This document shows positions 57,127-64,000 of a DNA stretch of 64,000 nt, in pieces. The notes under the pieces were generated by a model. The model was given only the letters and a program-made list of their open reading frames with translations, was not told the origin of the DNA and searched no databases. How positions within the stretch are numbered: position 1 is the stretch's first letter; the number at the start of each line of letters is the position of its first letter. This DNA comes from a virus (taxonomy: Duplodnaviria; Heunggongvirae; Uroviricota; Caudoviricetes), in IMG/VR virus record IMGVR_UViG_3300021400_000141, positions 1-64,000 of that record; one strand, written 5' to 3'. Made by a program: the position numbers and the translations under genes.

Positions 57127-58265
57127 CAGTTGACCTGGTTGAATTCACTAAAGCTGGCTTTGAGGGCGGCCTTCTTCTGGTCCCCGACATGTTCACGGAG
57201 GACAGATAGCCAATTCTTCTTGTTTTCGGAAATCTGGAACACAAGGTCTATCAGGTGGAAGTTGTACATCTGGGCCCGTATCTCTGGCGGTACGGCAAAG
57301 TAGAAATACCAGAAGTTCAGTGACATCGTCTTAGACTGCTTTGCGTTTTCGTAGGCGTTAGAAATCTTTGTGATAACAGCGTCGCTCAACTGTGTCAACT
57401 GCGGAACGCTCATAGCGTCGATGATGCCCTTGTACGTCATCCAGTCGCTTTCCTTCGCTTTCAGAACCATGTCGGCATCGAGGGTGTTGCCGTTCTTTCT
57501 GAACCATTCGGTGAACACCTTGGCCATGTCTGGCCCTAGGGTTGACGTGGCATCTATGAGCATGGTCTCCATTCCGCCAGGAACAGGATTTCCATTCACA
57601 TCGACATAATCGCCGCCTTTATACGCATTGTCGAAAAGACGGGCGAAGTTTTCCCAGGAACGCGGGTTCGCCGTGTTCTCGTCTTCAGAGTCAACCTCGG
57701 TGTCGTCCACATACAAAGCGTTGTTGTGGGAAGCGATGAAGCGTCTGATGATAGGGTTGATGCCAGCGCTTTCAGCCCACTTGTCCCAATACTTCGCATC
57801 GACTTCGACGTGATAACGGGCGAAACGGGTGAAGAGAGCCCTGTTAAGAGGCATGACCTGGTTGGAGTCAACGTTCGACGGGTTGATTGCAAGGACGACA
57901 CGGGAACCTTCGGGAAGGGTGAACCCGTTGAACGACTGTTCGGGGGAACACAGCTTCATGAGGGCGGCGATGATTTCGCCCTTAGCCCTGTTGATTTCGT
58001 CGATGAACACCAGGGTCGGCTCGGTGCTGTTCATCCAGTCTGGTTTCGTATGGTGGTGTACATGGTTCTCGATTTCCAGCAATCCGATAAGGTCACCAGA
58101 GTCGCCAGACTGCGAACAGTCGAGAATTACCAGCCGCAGCCCGAGTATTTTTGCGAGTGAACGGCAGAACTGGGTCTTTCCTATGCCAGGGGGTCCGATA
58201 AGCAAAGCTGGGGTCTTACACCATAAACGAGTAATTCTCTTCTCAATAACACCAAACTGCATCAA
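57126..58265 (-). CDS. MoxR-like AAA+ ATPase
   Basis: GPPGIGKT, VFIDEINR, AINP, ALFTRF, NPRSWE; coupled to the VWA gene. Confidence 0.92.
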   Translation of the reverse strand: MMQFGVIEKRITRLWCKTPALLIGPPGIGKTQFCRSLAKILGLRLVILDCSQSGDSGDLIGLLEIENHVHHHTKPDWMNSTEPTLVFIDEINRAKGEIIAALMKLCSPEQSFNGFTLPEGSRVVLAINPSNVDSNQVMPLNRALFTRFARYHVEVDAKYWDKWAESAGINPIIRRFIASHNNALYVDDTEVDSEDENTANPRSWENFARLFDNAYKGGDYVDVNGNPVPGGMETMLIDATSTLGPDMAKVFTEWFRKNGNTLDADMVLKAKESDWMTYKGIIDAMSVPQLTQLSDAVITKISNAYENAKQSKTMSLNFWYFYFAVPPEIRAQMYNFHLIDLVFQISENKKNWLSVLREHVGDQKKAALKASFSEFNQVN

Positions 58266-58299
58266 TATATCCTTGACGGCAAGGTTTCAGCCGCCATCA

Positions 58300-59199
58300 C
58301 TAAATTATCTTATTTTTAGCCGTTTCCGACACTGGCTCAATCATATAAGGTGTAACGTACACACCAAACACGGACGGCCTGACGTAATACCTCTTGTCGA
58401 TTAGAATCGGCTGGTCCGAACCGTGCTTGCACCATGTGATGTAACTGGATTGAATCAGGTGCTGCGTGAACAGGAAGAACTTCACTCCGCTGAAATAGGT
58501 CGCGAGAACATATGTCAGAACAGTCTGGTCGAGCCTCGTGGAAGAGCAGTCTACTGCTGTAAGTTTCAGGAAAGACCAGGTGATTTCGTCTATGATGTTC
58601 ACAATCTTTACGTTCCTGCGGATGATTACCCCAGACTGGAACAGGACGGCCTTGTTGAACGAAGTCTTCGAGAACAGTTTCATCTGTGCGTTGACATCCT
58701 CCGCCGAAAGGCCACGGGCCCTCTGCCACGCATGGAGTTCGTCATAGACGCTCGTCCTGTACGGGTGTATGGAAATGCCTATGTCGGAACCGGAGTTGAC
58801 GAAGTCTTCATACAGCTTGTCAAGCGGCTTTTTAATCAACATGCTTGCATCGATGTAGATGGAAACGTTCGTGTCGGCAAACGCGAACGGATGATAGCGG
58901 ACATAGTTCAGAATCCCGATGACATCGTTAATTCCGTCGAGGCAATGGTATTCCGAAATGTGGTGTACATCCCATGTCTTGCTCTTCAGCTTCCTGTTGT
59001 CCGTTATCAGCAAGTAATGCACGTCGCCCTTCGCGTTCTTGACTTCCCTTACGGGTTCATAGTCGTCCAGGATACACTCGATGACAGTGTACTTGTACAC
59101 TTTACGGGGAGGCTTGGTTTCCTTGGCAGGCTCACTACTTGGTGGTGTGTCTGCGGAACCTGTCAGACGCCTCAGAAGCGACATTAATCCATTTGCCAT
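58300..59199 (-). CDS. DUF616-like (GT-A) glycosyltransferase
   Basis: YTVI...YE, YHP, SIYIDAS, HP.R..Y.E, DQ. Confidence 0.7.
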   Translation of the reverse strand: MANGLMSLLRRLTGSADTPPSSEPAKETKPPRKVYKYTVIECILDDYEPVREVKNAKGDVHYLLITDNRKLKSKTWDVHHISEYHCLDGINDVIGILNYVRYHPFAFADTNVSIYIDASMLIKKPLDKLYEDFVNSGSDIGISIHPYRTSVYDELHAWQRARGLSAEDVNAQMKLFSKTSFNKAVLFQSGVIIRRNVKIVNIIDEITWSFLKLTAVDCSSTRLDQTVLTYVLATYFSGVKFFLFTQHLIQSSYITWCKHGSDQPILIDKRYYVRPSVFGVYVTPYMIEPVSETAKNKII

Positions 59200-59908
59200 C
59201 GGTAAGAAGACCCTTCACTGTCTCAATCATGTTGTCGTAGGAGGAATAGACGACGGAATCGCCTGCATAGTTGTCGTTCTTCGACGGTTCGCTGACGATG
59301 CACTTGCCGTTGATTAGCGGGTAGAACATTCGGACGATTTCCTGACACTGGTACTGCGGGAATGCGTGGATGTTCAGTATAATCTTCGAGTGGGCAATCA
59401 GGTAGTCGAGAGCAGGGCCAGTAACGCCCGTTGCCGTGATGACAGCCCATTCACGGTGGGCGGCACGCATCGAGCCTATAAGCTTGTTCCTTCTGGGGGT
59501 TTCCTCTCCGTAGAACAGGACATCGTACAGCATGTTCTCGGGCTTAACCTTCTCTATCGTCTTCAGACTTTCTACCCACTTAATCGGGTGGTAGCTCGCC
59601 CTGTAACCTAGGGTATCCGAGAAGAACTTGATGTTCTCCAAGTTGTAGTCCCAGATTTCGTCGGCACGTGAGAACCATCCCCTCGTGTTTGCGTTCAGCC
59701 AAGGGCTTCCAACATAGAGTTGTTCGAGGTTGTAAACGACCAGTTTGTAATCGGGGTGTTTCTCCTTGAGTTTAAGGGCCTCGGAGCATGGCATCACGTT
59801 GTAACCGAGCACGACAACGACTTTCTCGTACTTCGGCTTGTCGCACAGCTCCTTCAACATAGCCTTAACCTGTTTGAACACGAACGGGTGAGGGTCAATG
59901 ATAATCAT
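59135..59908 (-). CDS. GT-B-like glycosyltransferase
   Basis: YNLEQL, IWDY..N, DVLFYG...RR, SKIILNIH, E.VR, IVSE. Confidence 0.7.
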   Translation of the reverse strand: MIIIDPHPFVFKQVKAMLKELCDKPKYEKVVVVLGYNVMPCSEALKLKEKHPDYKLVVYNLEQLYVGSPWLNANTRGWFSRADEIWDYNLENIKFFSDTLGYRASYHPIKWVESLKTIEKVKPENMLYDVLFYGEETPRRNKLIGSMRAAHREWAVITATGVTGPALDYLIAHSKIILNIHAFPQYQCQEIVRMFYPLINGKCIVSEPSKNDNYAGDSVVYSSYDNMIETVKGLLTDGKWINVASEASDRFRRHTTK

Positions 59909-59945
59909 AAATTAAATCCAGTTTGAAATGCACGTCATCATCAAA

Positions 59946-60193
59946 AATATAGCCATTCTTTCCAAATTTGGCAAGGCACCCTACCATTCTTCCTTCGGCA
60001 TTGGCTGGAACGGGGATGCTTCCGCCTTGATATCGGGGTTGTAACACTCGGCGCTAATGGACGGGTCGTGACACTCGGCTTGGAACACAGGGTTGTGACC
60101 TTCGGACTGGAAAACTGGTTTCAATTTGGGTTCATTAGATTCGTACGGAAGCATAATTTTTACCTTGACAAAAATACATCAATAAAATATATT
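59946..60193. promoter_or_regulatory. Minus-strand promoter for the GT operon and a divergent plus-strand promoter
   Basis: TTGCCA-N17-TATATT (59946-59974, minus); TTGACA-N17-TATATT (60165-60193, plus). Confidence 0.8.
59981..60154 (-). CDS. 57-aa peptide with four 9-aa repeats
   Basis: PVFQSEGHN/PVFQAECHD/PSISAECYN/PDIKAEASP; AAGGT RBS (translated by hand). Confidence 0.6.
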   Translation of the reverse strand: MLPYESNEPKLKPVFQSEGHNPVFQAECHDPSISAECYNPDIKAEASPFQPMPKEEW

Positions 60194-60230
60194 TATCTTA
60201 ACCTATAATCCAACAAAAACGGAGTTCCCT

Positions 60231-60962
60231 ATGTGCTCGCTTGAAGATGCGATTGAAACAATGGACAAGTGCGTCCTCGTTTCCCACGAAGTGTTTAAAT
60301 TCCTGGTTGACGAATACCGTAAGGCCCATACCGACGACGCCGTAACCGTCCTTCTCGACGAACAGGACATCGGTGTGGCCACCGAAGGAGAAATCATCAC
60401 CCTACTGAAAAGCTACCGATACGACCTGGAAGAAATGGAAAAGCTCAAGAAGAGAAACAACGACTTGAAGGAACACATCATCGCGTTGCAGGGGTCAGCG
60501 AACGCCTTCCAGGTAAGCAGGTGCGAATCGTGCCAGGAATCTCAGAGGGCCGACAAGGAGCTTGAAAAGTTGAACGAAATGGTGGACAAGTACAACGAGC
60601 TAGCCCACAAGTACAACGAACTCGAAGCAAGGAAGTCGTCAATCCCAGTTCACCACTTCCCAGAGGAAATCCCCGTCATCCCAGACGGGGAACAGTGCGT
60701 TGGGTTATACCTCCTTTCCGAAGACAAGCCGTTACAGAACGTGAATGACCACAGCACGCTCTACCATTTCGAGATTGATGGTGCATTCCGTCCAGGGAAC
60801 AAGCCGTGCTACTTCATCTACACGAAGGATGTACTCGACGCTCTCAACCAGGCCGCATTGTCCCATTTCAAGCGTATCTGTTACTGCCCCTCATGCGGGG
60901 CACCAATTCCTCCTCCTGAACCGTGCAATACCTACGACGATGTGGTGCAGAGGGATGGCTAA
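60231..60962 (+). CDS. Coiled-coil protein with zinc motifs
   Basis: CESC, CPSCG; GGAG RBS. Confidence 0.75.
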   Translation: MCSLEDAIETMDKCVLVSHEVFKFLVDEYRKAHTDDAVTVLLDEQDIGVATEGEIITLLKSYRYDLEEMEKLKKRNNDLKEHIIALQGSANAFQVSRCESCQESQRADKELEKLNEMVDKYNELAHKYNELEARKSSIPVHHFPEEIPVIPDGEQCVGLYLLSEDKPLQNVNDHSTLYHFEIDGAFRPGNKPCYFIYTKDVLDALNQAALSHFKRICYCPSCGAPIPPPEPCNTYDDVVQRDG

Positions 60963-61374
60963 TATGTTGAGCGAAGAAAGTTACTACAATTTTGACCTAA
61001 CCAAGAATTGGGGCAAGCAGCTTAAAGAAGCCTACATGTTCTGCCAGTGGATTAAGAAGGATATCGTCAAGGAACTGATTTACAACCGTGAAACAGACCT
61101 CGTTATCGAACCGTCAAACACTGGCAAATGGTATATCGCCCTGTTCCCGTGCGGAAAGATGTTCTATGGAGTAGACTGCAGGGTAGACCCGTCGGATAGA
61201 AGCAAATTCATATATTCCGACTGCTTGCCAAAGAGGTATGTAAAGGAAGGTGACAATTTCAAAGAGGTGGCCGCATTGGACATGAATGATGTCGTCTCTA
61301 TGGATGTCGGTTACGACAAGGACCTTGAAGCGTTGTGCGAATATCATGACAAAATGATGGAGAAGGAAGCATGA
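60955..61374 (+). CDS. Hypothetical protein
   Basis: Overlaps neighbours at both ends. Confidence 0.7.
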   Translation: MANMLSEESYYNFDLTKNWGKQLKEAYMFCQWIKKDIVKELIYNRETDLVIEPSNTGKWYIALFPCGKMFYGVDCRVDPSDRSKFIYSDCLPKRYVKEGDNFKEVAALDMNDVVSMDVGYDKDLEALCEYHDKMMEKEA

Positions 61375-61967
61375 AATTCTATTTCATCAGGCATGCACCT
61401 ACTTCGGCAAACCTGTCGGGTTCGATGGTTGCTGGGTACGAAAACACCGATATCAACCTCTATGACAAGCCAGACGACTGGGAAGAGCGTGTCGGCAAGT
61501 TCATTCCAGAGGCCGACAGGAAGGTTATCGTCAGCTCGCCGACCAAGCGTTGCATCAGCACGGCGAAACTGCTGTTCGACCGTCTCCCGACCGAAGTGAC
61601 CACGAGCCTAGGCGAATTCGACTGCAAGGCTCTCGGGAACAAGAAGTTCTGGGAGATTACGGAAGCCGAGTTCAACAAACTGGTGTTCCTCCCAGCTTCC
61701 ACGATGGAGAAACGGGCGAAAATCGTGCTGCACGACATGGGAAACGATATCCGTCACGAGAACAGCACGAACGCTGTAATCGCAATTTCGCACGGTATGC
61801 TAATCCGCTATATCTATCATTACGTGAACGGTAATGCGGGCATCAGTGCGTACGACATCATCAACTCCAAGGGCTTCGCGTTTTCCAACCTTGATTTGCT
61901 CATCGTTGACACTGTGAAGAGAACGGTGGAAGTCCATCATTACAAAGAGCCAATCAATCACAAATAA
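61371..61967 (+). CDS. Histidine phosphatase (phosphoglycerate mutase superfamily)
   Basis: FIRHA.T..N, SSP.KRC..TA, L.E, ISHG. Confidence 0.9.
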   Translation: MKFYFIRHAPTSANLSGSMVAGYENTDINLYDKPDDWEERVGKFIPEADRKVIVSSPTKRCISTAKLLFDRLPTEVTTSLGEFDCKALGNKKFWEITEAEFNKLVFLPASTMEKRAKIVLHDMGNDIRHENSTNAVIAISHGMLIRYIYHYVNGNAGISAYDIINSKGFAFSNLDLLIVDTVKRTVEVHHYKEPINHK

Positions 61968-61979
61968 GGAGATAGATAT

Positions 61980-62342
61980 ATGTGGATAGCAGCAGTTGTA
62001 ACTGTGTCTGTTATTGTAAGTATAATCATTGGCGTCATCTTGGTCAAGCGTGACAACAAGAATGCGTTCCACCGTCTCCGTGAAGCGGTGGAGACCTGGG
62101 ACGTTTATGAAATCCGACGGAGCCACAACTTGTTCGGCTCGTTCTGGGATACTGACTACCCCATTTTTGTAGTCCGTGCGGCAAGCCCAAGGCACGCAAT
62201 GGAACGCTACTTCCGTCACTACAGGAAGAAATATCACGAATACGACGACTACGACAACAAGCCGCTTCGTGCGACTACTTATGGATGGGGTGTATTCCAA
62301 GTGAAGAACACCCGCAGTAAATGGAAAACTTACTTCAAATAA
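61980..62342 (+). CDS. Membrane-anchored protein
   Basis: N-terminal transmembrane helix; AAGGAG RBS. Confidence 0.75.
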   Translation: MWIAAVVTVSVIVSIIIGVILVKRDNKNAFHRLREAVETWDVYEIRRSHNLFGSFWDTDYPIFVVRAASPRHAMERYFRHYRKKYHEYDDYDNKPLRATTYGWGVFQVKNTRSKWKTYFK

Positions 62343-62356
62343 AAACAGGATTTAAT

Positions 62357-62806
62357 ATGAACAGCATAGAAAAACTTAAAGCATACCAAGATTCGCAGAA
62401 GATTGTCAACGAAGTAGAAAGCGAGCTTGACAAGATGGTAGATGCGTTTTTTGCCGAGCCCAGTGGCGAACGCATTGCCACTTGGTTTTTTAAGGACTTG
62501 GAATATGACGGGGTTATTACCGAAGGTTCTATACCCAAAATTATCAATCTTTGCGTAGAAGAAGTCATTATGGGCGAGGGAGAATATTACACTTTTCCTG
62601 TCCCGAGTTCCATCATCAGGAAATACCTTGACGGCGACCAGGAAGAATCGGTCAAGGAGTTCCAGAAGTGGCACAAGGAATACTGGGAACAGAAGCGGCG
62701 TGAAGAGGAAGAGGCGAAACGCCGTGAAAAGGAAGCCCTCGAAAAAGCACGTGAAGAAGAAGAGTACAAGCGGTATCTCCAATTGAAGGAAAAATTTGAA
62801 AAATGA
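62357..62806 (+). CDS. Hypothetical protein with charged helical tail
   Basis: E/K/R-rich C-terminus YLQLKEKFE. Confidence 0.75.
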   Translation: MNSIEKLKAYQDSQKIVNEVESELDKMVDAFFAEPSGERIATWFFKDLEYDGVITEGSIPKIINLCVEEVIMGEGEYYTFPVPSSIIRKYLDGDQEESVKEFQKWHKEYWEQKRREEEEAKRREKEALEKAREEEEYKRYLQLKEKFEK

Positions 62807-63159
62807 ACGTATGTGACCGTTGCCGTCGCTATGCAACATCCTGTTGCCGAACCTGTTTGTATTTCAACGAAATCTACGGAAGCATTACTGGGGACTACTA
62901 TGGCGAACAGGTTTCCGACGAGGAAGCGTACCGAGAGCTCAACGAGATGTACCCCGAGGATTTCCACAGCCCGTTCGTAACCAGGATGATTCGGGCCTAC
63001 CGTTTTGTTTCACGTGTTCTCATGCCGTTCCTTCTGTACGAAAAGTGGAACAGGCCGAGGCAATACTACAAGAACAAGTATTACCCTCCGTTCACGTTAA
63101 GCCAGCAAGAGCTAACGTCACTGTTACTCGTGAACAAGGACACAACGTTGCCATGTTAG
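62803..63159 (+). CDS. Cys-rich N-terminus hypothetical protein
   Basis: ATGA overlap; CDRC...CCRTC. Confidence 0.65.
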   Translation: MNVCDRCRRYATSCCRTCLYFNEIYGSITGDYYGEQVSDEEAYRELNEMYPEDFHSPFVTRMIRAYRFVSRVLMPFLLYEKWNRPRQYYKNKYYPPFTLSQQELTSLLLVNKDTTLPC

Positions 63160-63193
63160 ATATAAACTGTAGGAAAAGCAAAAGCGATTTCCT

Positions 63194-64000
63194 ATGCAAC
63201 CTCTGTACGAATATGTCTGCCACATGAAAGGCCACCGCAACTCAAAGGGCGAACTGGCCGAGTGGGTGATAAAGAGCCATGAAACAGGTGAAATCCTGTC
63301 TTCGCACAAATCCGAGAAAAAGGCGAAAGAACATCTGCAACAGATGCACATATTCAACGAGGCTGCTGAAAGTGCAGGCTATCCGAAACTGTACCATATC
63401 TGCGGTTACATGACTGGGCTTACTGATGATGACCTCAGGAGCATCCTGACTACTGGCCTTCGCATCCACGATAACGGGGACGCTAATTGTATATGGTTTT
63501 CAACGGGAAAGCCATTCATTGACGATATAGTTAAAGCACCATTGATTGTATCGCTTGAATGCACCCCAGAAAACATCAAAAAATACAGAATAGACGAATA
63601 TGAGGTACGAAATCAATCAGGTGCAATCAACGTTCATGAAAACGTTCCTATGGAAGACCTGAACATCGAACAGCTCATGTGGGGACGAACACACCATGGT
63701 GAGGGAACCCGTGTATATCCATTAACATCCACAAAATACTATGGAGATTTCGAAAAATGGCAGCGCTTTGACAAGGACTTGCAGGCTATCATTTATGAAG
63801 ACCTGTTCAACCTGTGGGCCAGGGACGATATTGCCAGACAGGGGTTCAACCCAGATTTGAACCGATTGAAGGAAATCATGGGTGACCGCCTGACGATTAC
63901 AAACTTCATGGAAACGAAAAGTGATAAACTAATTGGTGAATCCACCTATGGTACAGATATGGACAAGAGAGTAAAGATTTTCATGGAAGGCGTAGGCCAG
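63194..64000 (+). CDS. Late protein with ADP-ribosyltransferase-like motif (runs off the window)
   Basis: Open frame to the window end, so absent from the ORF track; KLYH.....SILTTGL....IWFST; TATAAACT upstream. Confidence 0.6.
   Translation, partial: MQPLYEYVCHMKGHRNSKGELAEWVIKSHETGEILSSHKSEKKAKEHLQQMHIFNEAAESAGYPKLYHICGYMTGLTDDDLRSILTTGLRIHDNGDANCIWFSTGKPFIDDIVKAPLIVSLECTPENIKKYRIDEYEVRNQSGAINVHENVPMEDLNIEQLMWGRTHHGEGTRVYPLTSTKYYGDFEKWQRFDKDLQAIIYEDLFNLWARDDIARQGFNPDLNRLKEIMGDRLTITNFMETKSDKLIGESTYGTDMDKRVKIFMEGVGQ

Larger units (their letters stand above)
35296..63168. promoter_or_regulatory. Putative late promoter motif TATAAACT (T4 TATAAATA-like), dispersed
   Basis: Plus strand at 35296, 36189, 47567 and 63161; minus strand at 43716-43723. 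Each lies about 25-50 nt upstream of a large gene. Confidence 0.7.

Noticed and set aside
1-64000. tRNA/rRNA genes and stop-codon recoding
   Set aside because: No cloverleaf or T-loop consensus was noticed by eye (tRNAscan is still needed). Long genes are intact in the standard code and use TAA, TAG and TGA as stops.

Overview
This window is best read as a 64-kb segment of a large lytic tailed-phage genome with T4-like features. It has a family B DNA polymerase, SSB, a PD-(D/E)XK exonuclease, an amino-methyltransferase, tRNA end-repair enzymes (Thg1 and a CCA-adding/HD enzyme), two MoxR AAA+ ATPases, two VWA proteins, two glycosyltransferase-like genes and dozens of short hypothetical genes. 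About 20 sigma70-type promoters (TTGACA-N17-TATATT) drive the short genes, and a TATAAACT motif precedes probable late/virion genes. The most unusual region is 1-4460. Seven co-oriented copies of a 17-bp site (GGTGATAACNYAAGTTG) divide it into self-contained promoter-gene(s)-terminator cassettes, and the site flanks occur in shuffled combinations, as in an integron-like array. A structured non-coding block follows (4462-4910). Other notable observations: a family of three paralogous micropeptides within the cassettes; a TGTAAA-N6-TTTACA palindrome at a fixed distance from three promoters; three early genes carrying fragments of T4-type head proteins (two gol-like gp23 segments, one gp21 segment); a RiPP-precursor-like peptide; a late ART-like protein; and apparent GATC avoidance. 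No tRNA, rRNA, CRISPR array or recombinase was recognised. All family assignments come from motif recognition by eye, not database searches. A Fibrobacter/Bacteroidota-type host is only an inference.
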